In this document: piece by piece, positions 29,711-36,652 of the stretch
How positions within the stretch are numbered: position 1 is the stretch's first letter
Layout of the letters: each line of letters begins with the position of its first letter
Virus record (IMG/VR): IMGVR_UViG_3300018056_000002
Coordinates: 1-44,790 of that record
Reading direction: 5' to 3' (one strand)
DNA length: 44,790 bases
From: a virus
Notes under the pieces: model-generated
Seen by the model: only the letters and a program-made list of their open reading frames with translations
What the model was told of the DNA's origin: nothing
Database searches by the model: none
Made by a program: the position numbers and the translations under genes

Positions 29711-30807
29711 GTCAGCCTCATGTCGAGATACGCTTCGATGAAGACTTGCGCGACTTGCGGGACGATGGCATTGCCGTAACCGCGCAGGCGTCCCACGCGG
29801 GCGGATACCCCATGAGCCACCGGGTATGTGCCGGGTTCAACTGGCCGCGCTTTCCCGTCCGCGCAGGGGAGCCAGTCGCATACCGACCAGTAACTTGATT
29901 CGTGAGTGATGGATGATGTGGACCGCCCGCCCCTTCGCAGTCCGCTGCCATCGGCGTCGCCCAACTCGCGAGCTGCGCCTGCAGGTTCAACGCGGTCACC
30001 GACGCGCCGAGTTGCTTCCCGCGTGCCTGCGCCTGCCGCTTGCGCGCGATCATCTGCTCCGCCGAGCCGCCCGCTTCGTCCGCGGTCGGCGTGTTCCAGC
30101 CGGCCAGGTTCGCCGCATCGGTCAACGTCAACCCCGGCGAGTGCGTCGCCGTTTTCTCGTAGCCGATCGAGGCCGACGAACACGCGTCCTGCCTCGTCGT
30201 CGTCGGCCAATGCGCCAGCATCGCGAAGTCCTGCAGGTTTGATCCGTGGCGCGTCTCGCCCATCGCGCGCTTCGCCTGCCCGTCGCGATGGGCATCGTGA
30301 ACCGTCGCGGTCGGCCACGAACCAGAGTCGCTGCCGGATGTGGAACGCGCCGACGCCCGCAGCCGGCAGACTGACCGCCCCGAGGGCGTACCCTTCCGGC
30401 TCCACGTCAGCGCAAACACGATCGAGCCATCCGTGCTTAATCGCTGCCTCAACCTGCTCACCAAAGACGACGCAAGGGCGGCACTCGCGCCAGAACTCGA
30501 ACCAGACAGGCCAAAGATCGCGCGGATCGTGCCCGCCAGCTTGGGCGCCAGCGCTCGAGAACGGCTGGCAGGGACAACTCCCGGTCCAGACTTCGCGATC
30601 ATCGGGCCAGCCGGCGAGCTTGAGCGCGTAGGCCCATCCGCCGATCCCGGCGAAGAAATGGCATTGGCCGAATCCTCGCACGTCGTCTGGCCGAACAAGT
30701 TCGATTGACCGTTCGTCGACTTCGCCATCAGGTATCTGCCCCGCCTTCATCAGTTCGCGCAGCCACGCCGCCGCGAACGGATCGACCTCGTTGTAATAGA
30801 CCGTCAC
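29707..30807 (-). CDS. Phage-type DNA (cytosine-5) methyltransferase (366 aa as a single frame; the central part is probably read in another frame, see findings)
   Basis: GTG 30807 in a GTGA overlap with the upstream gene. VTVYYNEVDPFAAAWLRELMKAGQIPDGEVDERSIELVRPDDVRGFGQCHFFAGIGGWAYALKLAGWPDDREVWTGSCPCQPFSSAG (PCQ motif IV), FGEQV (motif VI), FHIRQRLWFVA (motif VIII), C-terminal RLRGYGNAIVPQVAQVFIEAYL (motif X). Confidence 0.7.
   Translation of the reverse strand: MTVYYNEVDPFAAAWLRELMKAGQIPDGEVDERSIELVRPDDVRGFGQCHFFAGIGGWAYALKLAGWPDDREVWTGSCPCQPFSSAGAQAGGHDPRDLWPVWFEFWRECRPCVVFGEQVEAAIKHGWLDRVCADVEPEGYALGAVSLPAAGVGAFHIRQRLWFVADRDGSRCPSRRAGEARDGRDAPRIKPAGLRDAGALADDDEAGRVFVGLDRLRENGDALAGVDVDRCGEPGRLEHADRGRSGRLGGADDRAQAAGAGTREATRRVGDRVEPAGAARELGDADGSGLRRGGRSTSSITHESSYWSVCDWLPCADGKARPVEPGTYPVAHGVSARVGRLRGYGNAIVPQVAQVFIEAYLDMRLT
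29718..30728 (-). other. 336-codon open frame (+1 relative to the C5-MTase frame) with coding-like codon bias in its centre
   Basis: ORF-track entry 29718..30728. The central 132 codons (29922-30317) have third-position G+C of 116/132, against about 60% in the MTase frame. It encodes repeated W-x-T-(P/A/T) motifs (WPTAT, WPTTT, WNTPT, WATPM) and GQLNPAHTRWLMGYPPAWD, which resembles the methyltransferase LTPRE..LQGFP motif. Confidence 0.5.
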
Positions 30808-31064
30808 GCCGCGTGCCCCGTCGCCGGCGCCGGCATGAGCGTGTTGACCCGCCACACGCGGCGCGGAAACCCCTCAACTGACGCGTCGAGGCCGCAGACA
30901 ATCAGCCCGCGCGCCTGCAGGCGGAGCAGGGCGTTTCTCACGCCGTGCTCACTGATCGTCAAGGTCACGACGAGCTGACTCGCACTCTGCGGGCCGCGCT
31001 GCAGCCGCGCGTAGAGCAGGCGCTCAATTTGCCGGCCGCGTCTAGTCTGGGAATGGTTCTTCAT
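30804..31064 (-). CDS. Winged-helix (MarR/ArsR-like) DNA-binding protein (86 aa)
   Basis: ORF track. GGTGAGGTGA Shine-Dalgarno. ...LYARLQRGPQSASQLVVTLTISEHGVRNALLRLQARGLIVCG... Confidence 0.55.
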   Translation of the reverse strand: MKNHSQTRRGRQIERLLYARLQRGPQSASQLVVTLTISEHGVRNALLRLQARGLIVCGLDASVEGFPRRVWRVNTLMPAPATGHAA

Positions 31065-31073
31065 GTCGTCACC

Positions 31074-31988
31074 TCACCATCGCAAGCCCCGCTGCGCGGT
31101 CCGCGCGCTCGCGAGCGGCTGATAGCTCAGGTCGGTGCCGACCCACCGCCGCCCGAGGCGCTCGGCGACCGCGCCCACCGTGCCGGAGCCGAGGAACGGG
31201 TCGAGGACCAGGCCGCCGACGGGACACCCGGCGAGGATGCACGGCTCGACGAGCGCCTCCGGCATCGTCGCGAAGTGCGCGCCCGCGTAGGGCATGGTCG
31301 GGATCGTCCAGACCGATCGCTTGTTGCGCCCGCCTTGGCCGCCGTACGCAATCACACCGTTGCCCTGGCCGCCGCCTTTCACGTCGATGCCCGGCCGCGC
31401 CGAGTACAACTTTTTCATGATCCCCGCCGCGATCCGCCGCTTCGTGTCGCTCGGATTCTGCACACCGGCCGCTGCGTAGTCCTTCGTCCCCTCGCCGTCA
31501 TAGAACCCGCGGTCCGCCTCGCGGTCCTTGAGCGTCTGCTCGGCGTAAGGCTCGAAGATGGCCGGCGCGTCGTAGTGGTAGCGCTCGGACTTCGCGAGCA
31601 GGAACAGATACTCGTGCGCCCGCGTCGGCCGGTCCGTCACGCTCTCCGGCATCGGGTTCGGCTTCGACCAGATCGTGTCGGAGCGCAGATACCAGCCGTC
31701 CTCCTGGAGTGCGAACGCCACGCGCCACGGGATCCCGAGGAGGTCCTTCGGCTTGGTGTCGAGCACGAATCGCCTCCGACTGAACATCTGATGACCGATG
31801 CTCACCGCCGCAGTCGTCAACTGTTGCGTCTCTTTCCGACCGTCCCGCATCAATCCGCTCTTTGCAGTGCCGCCGCTGCCCTTCGTGGACGCAGCGTAGC
31901 TATCTCCCAAGTTCAGCCACACCACGCCATCGGCCGCGAGCACGCGCCGCACAATTCGGTCCGATCTGCGATCTTTTGTTATCAACAT
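31074..31988 (-). CDS. N6/N4-type (beta-class) DNA methyltransferase homologue lacking the N-terminal DPPY motif (304 aa)
   Basis: VVWLNLGDSY...DTIWSKPNPMPESVTDRPTRAHEYLFLLAKSERYHYD...RNKRSVWTIPTMPYAGAHFATMPEALVEPCILAGCPVGGLVLDPFLGSGTVGAVAERLGRRWVGTDL (AdoMet motif FxGxG at the C-terminus). No D/S-PP-Y/F motif occurs anywhere in the ORF, and the ORF opens only about 20 aa before the WxNxGD block. Confidence 0.65.
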   Translation of the reverse strand: MLITKDRRSDRIVRRVLAADGVVWLNLGDSYAASTKGSGGTAKSGLMRDGRKETQQLTTAAVSIGHQMFSRRRFVLDTKPKDLLGIPWRVAFALQEDGWYLRSDTIWSKPNPMPESVTDRPTRAHEYLFLLAKSERYHYDAPAIFEPYAEQTLKDREADRGFYDGEGTKDYAAAGVQNPSDTKRRIAAGIMKKLYSARPGIDVKGGGQGNGVIAYGGQGGRNKRSVWTIPTMPYAGAHFATMPEALVEPCILAGCPVGGLVLDPFLGSGTVGAVAERLGRRWVGTDLSYQPLASARTAQRGLRW

Positions 31989-32230
31989 GCCCGTGTTTTT
32001 TCCCGCCGCGCCGCCCGCCGCTCGAGACAGTCATGGCGATCGCTGCGGTCGAGGACGACAAACTGCGCCCGCGTCCGCGGGTCGACGACCGTCTCGCGGA
32101 CGGTGAAGCCCAAGTCGAACGGGAGATACTTCCCCTTGTCGGTCACGACCCACACGAACGGCCGGTGACAGTAGGTGCAGCGGCCCGGCCGCGCGGAGCC
32201 CGCCCAGGCGCGGACGGTGACCCATGTCAC
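31982..32230 (-). CDS. Hypothetical Cys/His-containing protein (82 aa)
   Basis: GTG 32230 in a GTGA overlap with the replication-gene stop. VTWVTVRAWAGSARPGRCTYCHRPFVWVVTDKGKYLPFDLGFTVRETVVDPRTRAQFVVLDRSDRHDC... Confidence 0.45.
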   Translation of the reverse strand: MTWVTVRAWAGSARPGRCTYCHRPFVWVVTDKGKYLPFDLGFTVRETVVDPRTRAQFVVLDRSDRHDCLERRAARREKTRAC

Positions 32231-33210
32231 GCGAACTTTCTCGCCCGCAGCCGCGCAGCACTCCGGCGCAGACAGGCCTCGTTGTCGCGACACGTCGGCG
32301 TGTGCGGGCACTGCGTCAAACTGCCGTAGGTGCGAAACCGCCACTCGAGCACCGCGGCGCGGTCCGCCTCGCTCAGGTGATCATCGTAGAGGCCCTCGAG
32401 CGCTTTCATCGCCGGCTCGGGGGACCTTATGTACCAATCGAACGAGGCGACAAAGCCGCGCGACCCCTCGCCCCGACAGAAGCCCGAGTCGTTGATGCGG
32501 AGCATCGCCTCGCGGTGCTCGTCGAGCGGCCGGTCGACCAGGCGCCGCCGCACGAAGCGTCGCCGTTTTTGGGTGAGCGCCTGGACCTCCGCAAGGGGCG
32601 GCGTCGTCAGCTCATTCCACGCGTTCAGAAATGCCAGGCCCGCCGCCGCCGCCGCCGCGGCTGCTGCTGACGGTCGACCTGACGGTCTCCCTGACGGTTG
32701 AGTACATAGACAGGAATCGGCGGATTGGACTACCTGCGCGGTGCCGATTGGACTACCTGCGCTCGCGGATTGGACTACCTGCGACGGATCCGCGGTCGGC
32801 AGGTGGTCTGAGGCTTGGACTACATGGTGGTCTGACGATTCGACTACCTGCCCAGCCGCCGGCGGATCGCCCAGGTGGTCCGTCTTCTGGACTACCTTGG
32901 TGCGCGGCCGGACGAGGGTAATCAGATACTCATTGCGCCACTGCGACCGCACGTTCGCGGGCGCCTCCTCGTCGTGCCCGCTCGGCGCATGGCCGCGCTC
33001 GACCCGCTCGAGCTCCCGCAAGCCGAGGAGCTCGTTGACCGCCTGGATCGCCGTCGCGCGGGACACGCGCGCCTTCGTGGCAATTTGTCCGTAGCTCGGG
33101 TAACAGCGTCCGTTGTGGTCCGCCCAATCGGCCATTGCCAGAAGCACCGTGAAGGCCGAGCCTTTCGCGCGACTGTCGTCGAACGCAGCCGAGAGCGCCT
33201 TGACGCTCAC
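32227..33210 (-). CDS. Replication initiator (lambda O-like architecture: N-terminal winged helix, iteron-encoded linker, C-terminal domain; 327 aa)
   Basis: N-terminus MSVKALSAAFDDSRAKGSAFTVLLAMADWADHNGRCYPSYGQIATKARVSRATAIQAVNELLGLRELERV is the HTH_36-type motif of phage replication and DnaD-like loaders. The middle of the gene carries DNA iterons. Confidence 0.65.
   Translation of the reverse strand: MSVKALSAAFDDSRAKGSAFTVLLAMADWADHNGRCYPSYGQIATKARVSRATAIQAVNELLGLRELERVERGHAPSGHDEEAPANVRSQWRNEYLITLVRPRTKVVQKTDHLGDPPAAGQVVESSDHHVVQASDHLPTADPSQVVQSASAGSPIGTAQVVQSADSCLCTQPSGRPSGRPSAAAAAAAAAGLAFLNAWNELTTPPLAEVQALTQKRRRFVRRRLVDRPLDEHREAMLRINDSGFCRGEGSRGFVASFDWYIRSPEPAMKALEGLYDDHLSEADRAAVLEWRFRTYGSLTQCPHTPTCRDNEACLRRSAARLRARKFA
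32723..32899. repeat. Iteron cluster (candidate ori) inside the replication initiator gene
   Basis: GATTGGACTACCTGCG occurs perfectly at 32723, 32746 and 32768 (22-23 bp spacing). Degenerate copies are at about 32814 (TTGGACTACATGG), 32837 (GATTCGACTACCTGCC) and 32888 (TGGACTACCTTG). Inverted-orientation relatives CAGGTGGTC(T/C) are at about 32800, 32824 and 32871. Confidence 0.75.
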
Positions 33211-33455
33211 GCGCGGCGCCTCCGCTTCGGTCGCCTCATGCCGATCGGCTGGCGCTTGGGGAGCGCGGCGAGTTGGAGAGTGTGCGCGGCGATCTGCGCG
33301 TGGACCGCGGCGAGCACGGCGTCGGCGAGTGCGAGCTTCGGAAGCTCGACGACGGCCGCCGACTCACGGCCGGGCCGATACATGTGCTGCGCATACTCGA
33401 CGTCGGCCAGGCGCGCCAGCAGGTCGTCGGTTAGCTCGAGACGTCGGAGTGTCAT
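33207..33455 (-). CDS. Hypothetical protein (82 aa)
   Basis: Internal ATG of ORF 33207..33479 (offset 8 codons), with an ATGA overlap. MTLRRLELTDDLLARLADVEYAQHMYRPGRESAAVVELPKLALADAVLAAVHAQIAAH... Confidence 0.5.
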   Translation of the reverse strand: MTLRRLELTDDLLARLADVEYAQHMYRPGRESAAVVELPKLALADAVLAAVHAQIAAHTLQLAALPKRQPIGMRRPKRRRRA

Positions 33456-33712
33456 CGCTCGTCGGCCGTTGCCGGACAAGTCCCGGAGCCCGTGCCCGCG
33501 CTCACCGCAAGATTACGGCGACCACGCGAGGTGTCATCGGCATCGGGTTGAGACTCGTCCGGCAAACTCGCGCGCACGATCGCCAGCCGCCGGCACGGAA
33601 GCGGCTGCAGGACGATCGCGATGAGCGTCCGGCCACAGCGGACGCAGCGCGGATTCATCTGGCCGACCAAGTCGTGCTCGCGCGCCGCCGGCGGTCGGGC
33701 CGTGGTTCGCAC
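33452..33712 (-). CDS. Hypothetical protein (86 aa; start uncertain, GTG 33712 or ATG 33658)
   Basis: ORF track. Contains CVRCG. The composition is only moderately protein-like. Confidence 0.35.
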   Translation of the reverse strand: MRTTARPPAAREHDLVGQMNPRCVRCGRTLIAIVLQPLPCRRLAIVRASLPDESQPDADDTSRGRRNLAVSAGTGSGTCPATADER

Positions 33713-33715
33713 CGG

Positions 33716-33880
33716 CTACCCCCGCCACCACGCTTCAATCCGCTCGAGGTCCAGCCCGACGCTTTTGTCGGCGCGCTCCGCCGCGCGGACCCACCAATTC
33801 CGCCACGCCGTCTCGAGGGCCTCGACGATCTGCGCCCACCCGGACGCGGACGGCACGAACACCGCCGGCCGCAGCGTCAT
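33716..33880 (-). CDS. Hypothetical small protein (54 aa)
   Basis: Internal ATG of ORF 33716..34096 (offset 72 codons), with an ATGA overlap. MTLRPAVFVPSASGWAQIVEALETAWRNWWVRAAERADKSVGLDLERIEAWWRG. Confidence 0.45.
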   Translation of the reverse strand: MTLRPAVFVPSASGWAQIVEALETAWRNWWVRAAERADKSVGLDLERIEAWWRG

Positions 33881-34089
33881 CCGAAGCGCCGCTCCGCGCA
33901 GCGATCGATTGCTTTGACCGCGACCGTCCGCAGCGCGTCGAGCGCCTCGCTGTAACTGAGCTCGCCGATCGCCAGTCGCACCGAGGCGGCGAACGCTGTC
34001 ATCTCCGCGAGGATCTGATCGACGTCGCGCGCGTAGTCCTCTTGCGCTTCGCGGACCTGGCGGCGGATCGTCTCGAGGTCGGTGCTCAC
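33877..34089 (-). CDS. Hypothetical helical protein (70 aa)
   Basis: ORF track. GTG start in a GTGA overlap. MSTDLETIRRQVREAQEDYARDVDQILAEMTAFAASVRLAIGELSYSEALDALRTVAVKAIDRCAERRFG. Confidence 0.5.
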   Translation of the reverse strand: MSTDLETIRRQVREAQEDYARDVDQILAEMTAFAASVRLAIGELSYSEALDALRTVAVKAIDRCAERRFG

Positions 34090-34292
34090 GCGTCACCTTT
34101 CGCGAGCGCGGCCCGCGCCTCGCGTCCGTGCTCCTGCGCCAAGGCTTCCTCCGCGTAGCTGAAGGCGAGCCGTGCCGCGTGCAACGGATCGCGCCCGGCG
34201 CGCATCCGGGTTAAGGCGAGCTCGCCGAAGCGCCCCGCCATCGCGCGCGGGCTGGTATCGAAATGCGCGTGGTTCTCGTCGTGGTCAGTCAT
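34086..34292 (-). CDS. Hypothetical protein (68 aa)
   Basis: ORF track, with an ATGA overlap. MTDHDENHAHFDTSPRAMAGRFGELALTRMRAGRDPLHAARLAFSYAEEALAQEHGREARAALAKGDA. Confidence 0.5.
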   Translation of the reverse strand: MTDHDENHAHFDTSPRAMAGRFGELALTRMRAGRDPLHAARLAFSYAEEALAQEHGREARAALAKGDA

Positions 34293-34597
34293 GCGAAGTG
34301 CCCCGCGCCGGGAAGCTGCGCGATGCGGTCATCGATGGAGGGGCGCGGCGTCGCCGGCGTCGCCGCCGCGCGGTGCGTGGCGAGCCACGCGTCGCAGTCG
34401 TGCTCGTAGACGCCCTCGAGCCGGCCGCGGGCATTACGGACCGCGACGAGCTCGCCGCGGGCGATGAGCGTGCGCGCGCGGCTTTCCTTCAGGCCGAGAT
34501 ACTGCGCGGCGCCGCGGACGCGGAACAGGCGCCCATAGACCGGCGCGACCGGATCCGGCGCCGGGTTGCGGCCGTTCTGGCCCTTCGCGAGCGTCAT
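34289..34597 (-). CDS. Excisionase/AlpA-type HTH DNA-binding protein (102 aa)
   Basis: ...RLFRVRGAAQYLGLKESRARTLIARGELVAVRNARGRLEGVYEHDCDAWLATH is an HTH_17-like motif. Second gene of the cro-side operon. Confidence 0.55.
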   Translation of the reverse strand: MTLAKGQNGRNPAPDPVAPVYGRLFRVRGAAQYLGLKESRARTLIARGELVAVRNARGRLEGVYEHDCDAWLATHRAAATPATPRPSIDDRIAQLPGAGHFA

Positions 34598-34794
34598 GCC
34601 CGTTCCGGTCCGGTCGGTTGGAGTTCTTCGGGCTCGAGGTTGAGCGCCCGCGCCAGCCGCACGATGCTGTCGTAGGACCCGCGCAGCCGCTTGCCGCGCT
34701 CAAGTTTAGAAATGACCGTCGCATCCACGCCGGATTTCGCCGCTAACTGTTCCTGCGTCAAACCGGCAATTCTTCTGAATTTTTCGAGTTCCAT
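34594..34794 (-). CDS. Cro-like XRE-family HTH regulator (66 aa)
   Basis: MELEKFRRIAGLTQEQLAAKSGVDATVISKLERGKRLRGSYDSIVRLARALNLEPEEL. The ATG at 34794 lies about 25 nt downstream of a TTGACA-N17-AATAAT promoter, while the longer track start (34848) would fall on the -35 box. Confidence 0.7.
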   Translation of the reverse strand: MELEKFRRIAGLTQEQLAAKSGVDATVISKLERGKRLRGSYDSIVRLARALNLEPEELQPTGPERA

Positions 34795-34819
34795 TGCGCG
34801 TTTTCTGCTCGTGACGCGC

Positions 34820-34848
34820 ATTATTAATGAGTCCTTGCCGATTGTCAA
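34820..34848 (-). promoter_or_regulatory. Leftward early promoter candidate (TTGACA -35 at 34848-34843, AATAAT -10 at 34825-34820, 17-nt spacer)
   Basis: Read on the minus strand: TTGACAATCGGCAAGGACTCATTAATAATGCGCG. Located in the AT-richer divergent gap between the cro-like and CI-like genes. Confidence 0.55.
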
Positions 34849-34863
34849 CTAGTAGAGTAAAAC
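34835..34863 (+). promoter_or_regulatory. Rightward promoter candidate for the CI-like gene (TTGCCG -35, 17 nt, TAAAAC -10)
   Basis: TTGCCGATTGTCAACTAGTAGAGTAAAAC on the plus strand. Its -35 box overlaps the -35 of the leftward promoter (back-to-back arrangement). The hexamers are weaker matches. Confidence 0.3.
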
Positions 34864-34944
34864 CTTGTTGTGCTGAACAGCCATTCTTCCTTCCCCACGG
34901 CGCCTCATGTTGCTCCGCACGACGTCGGCCCGAACAATCCCGAC

Positions 34945-35475
34945 ATGTCAAAGATCCACGCGCGCAAAGCGCTGCAGGTTCTCGGGAAAAAAGTCGAGCA
35001 ACTCCGACTGGCGAAAGGGTGGAACCGGACCACGCTCGCGGCGAAGGCCGGCGTCACCGTCACCACCGTGCGCGGGCTCGAAGAGGGCACCAAGGTGACG
35101 CAGCCGAAGCGCCTGCGCCTGATCGCGACCGCGCTCAGCGTGAGTGTCAAGAAGCTGGAATCCGACGACACGAAGGATCCGCGCGTGCGGAACTGGTCCG
35201 ACGAAGACTACACGGTTGGCAATTGGTATCACGACGCGCCGCGCCCCCTCAAAAATCAGATCTGGGCGCTGCTGGAACTGCCCGACGCCGGCGCGGCGCT
35301 GCTCGACCCACAGTTCACGCTCCTGCTCGAGGGCTGGGCGAAGCTCGAACAGGATCAGAAGAACTTCGTCCTCAACAGCTACCGCTACATCACGAAATCC
35401 CGCACAGGTGACGACGCAGGAGGAGTTGATGCTATCGCTTCGATTGACCCAAAAGCTCGAGGGCCTGCGCGATGA
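34945..35475 (+). CDS. CI-like repressor (XRE HTH plus C-terminal domain, 176 aa)
   Basis: MSKIHARKALQVLGKKVEQLRLAKGWNRTTLAAKAGVTVTTVRGLEEGTKVTQPKRLRLIATALSVSVKKLE, then a ~100-aa C-terminal domain with no obvious S24 Ser/Lys motif. Divergent from the cro-like gene. Start taken at the first ATG (34945) rather than the GTG at 34870. Confidence 0.65.
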   Translation: MSKIHARKALQVLGKKVEQLRLAKGWNRTTLAAKAGVTVTTVRGLEEGTKVTQPKRLRLIATALSVSVKKLESDDTKDPRVRNWSDEDYTVGNWYHDAPRPLKNQIWALLELPDAGAALLDPQFTLLLEGWAKLEQDQKNFVLNSYRYITKSRTGDDAGGVDAIASIDPKARGPAR

Positions 35476-35806
35476 GGCCCTGGCGCATCTCGAAGCGCAA
35501 GCCGACCTCTTGTTGGCGATGCCAGCGCAGTGTCGCGACACGCGCCCGCTCCTGCACATCGTTCCCGCGGCGCACCCGCACCCGCGCCCGGAGCCGGCGC
35601 ACGCGCCGCGCGTCCTCGTGAGCGCGGCCGTCGCGGCGACGACCGCCGCCGTCATGGCGGCAGACACGGAGCGGCAACACCAACTGCGCGCGGACACCGA
35701 GCAGCGGATCGACCAGGCGCGCCGGCTGCTCGCGGCGCTGCGCGCGAACGAGGCGGCGGCCGTCCCGCGCCGGCGGCGGTTGACCGCCGTACGAAAGCAG
35801 GGCTGA
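35429..35806 (+). CDS. Hypothetical protein (125 aa)
   Basis: ATG is preceded by GCAGGAGGAG (strong Shine-Dalgarno). Overlaps the CI 3' end by 47 nt. High third-position G+C. MLSLRLTQKLEGLRDEALAHLEAQADLLLAMPAQCRDTRPLL... Confidence 0.55.
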   Translation: MLSLRLTQKLEGLRDEALAHLEAQADLLLAMPAQCRDTRPLLHIVPAAHPHPRPEPAHAPRVLVSAAVAATTAAVMAADTERQHQLRADTEQRIDQARRLLAALRANEAAAVPRRRRLTAVRKQG

Positions 35807-35807
35807 C

Positions 35808-36158
35808 ATGACCCCACAATCCCAAGTCGTCGACTTCATCGCCGACCTTCGCTCTGTGACCCCAGGAGAGGATCGCCCGCGCATGGCCCCAGCCCCCAAC
35901 ACCCCGGACGCGGATGCCCGCGAGAGCGTGCGACGCCTGATCGACCTGATTCAGGTGTTGCTCCCCAAGCGGCCCAACGTCGCGCTCGCGATCGAACGGT
36001 GCGTGCTCGCGCTCGTGGTGGACGAGATGCGCCAGCGGATTATGGAGCGGCTGCAGCACTTCAGTCCGGAGGACGTCGCCACGGTCGAGTCCATGACGGC
36101 GCATCTGGCGGCGCGCCAGCGCGGCGAGGAGCCGCCGAACGACGACCATGCGGCCTAA
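35808..36158 (+). CDS. Hypothetical protein (116 aa)
   Basis: ORF track. Starts 1 nt after the upstream TGA. MTPQSQVVDFIADLRSVTPGEDRPRMAPAPNTPDADARESVRRLIDLIQVLLPKRPNVALAIERC... Confidence 0.55.
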   Translation: MTPQSQVVDFIADLRSVTPGEDRPRMAPAPNTPDADARESVRRLIDLIQVLLPKRPNVALAIERCVLALVVDEMRQRIMERLQHFSPEDVATVESMTAHLAARQRGEEPPNDDHAA

Positions 36159-36161
36159 GTT

Positions 36162-36386
36162 ATGAGCATCGATGAGGAGTTGTTCGTCATCTGGTCGATT
36201 CAGCATCAACTGTGGTGGGCGCCAGGCGAGGCCGGTTACTGCGGGCTCGTCCGCGACGCGGGCACCTACACCCGCGGCCACGCCGAGCGCATCGTTCGGG
36301 CCGCGAACCTCGTCAAGTTCCACGAATGCATGATTCCGCTCGCGGCCGTCCGCCGTCAACGACCGTCAACGACCGTCGACCGCTGA
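36162..36386 (+). CDS. Hypothetical protein (74 aa)
   Basis: ORF track. MSIDEELFVIWSIQHQLWWAPGEAGYCGLVRDAGTYTRGHAERIVRAANLVKFHECMIPLAAV... Confidence 0.5.
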   Translation: MSIDEELFVIWSIQHQLWWAPGEAGYCGLVRDAGTYTRGHAERIVRAANLVKFHECMIPLAAVRRQRPSTTVDR

Positions 36387-36394
36387 CTAATGCC

Positions 36395-36652
36395 ATGAAG
36401 ACGAAGCCCTGTCACTACTACGGCCGCACATGGGACGGCCGTCTGATCGAGGCGCTGCCGAGTGACCCCGACGCGGTCATTTGTCGGCGCGTGGCGGATT
36501 ATCCCGGCGGCCAACCGCCGGCCGCGGCGACGCTGACCGCCTGCCGGGACTGCGAAGCGCTCGTCGCCTTCAATCCGACAGGGCCGTACCTCGACCGCCC
36601 GCGCGTCTGTCTGCAGTGCGCCGGCATTCAACCGTTGCCAATGGACTCATGA
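36395..36652 (+). CDS. Cys-rich (zinc-ribbon-like) protein (85 aa)
   Basis: C-terminal part of ORF 36212..36652. MKTKPCHYYGRTWDGRLIEALPSDPDAVICRRVADYPGGQPPAAATLTACRDCEALVAFNPTGPYLDRPRVCLQCAGIQPLPMDS. Confidence 0.5.
   Translation: MKTKPCHYYGRTWDGRLIEALPSDPDAVICRRVADYPGGQPPAAATLTACRDCEALVAFNPTGPYLDRPRVCLQCAGIQPLPMDS

Noticed and set aside
32723-32899. CRISPR array (regular short repeats)
   Set aside because: The repeats are 16 bp with 6-7 bp spacers. They lie inside a protein-coding gene, occur in both orientations and have no cas genes nearby. The iteron interpretation fits better. The same reasoning excludes the 18-bp and 9-bp tandem repeats.
34795-34944. Longer N-terminal extensions of the cro-like (start 34848) and CI-like (start 34870) genes as given in the ORF track
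   Set aside because: The extensions would begin on or inside the predicted -35/-10 hexamers of the divergent promoters. They add non-HTH leader peptides that use TTG/GTG starts without Shine-Dalgarno sequences. The first ATGs, at 34794 and 34945, are preferred.
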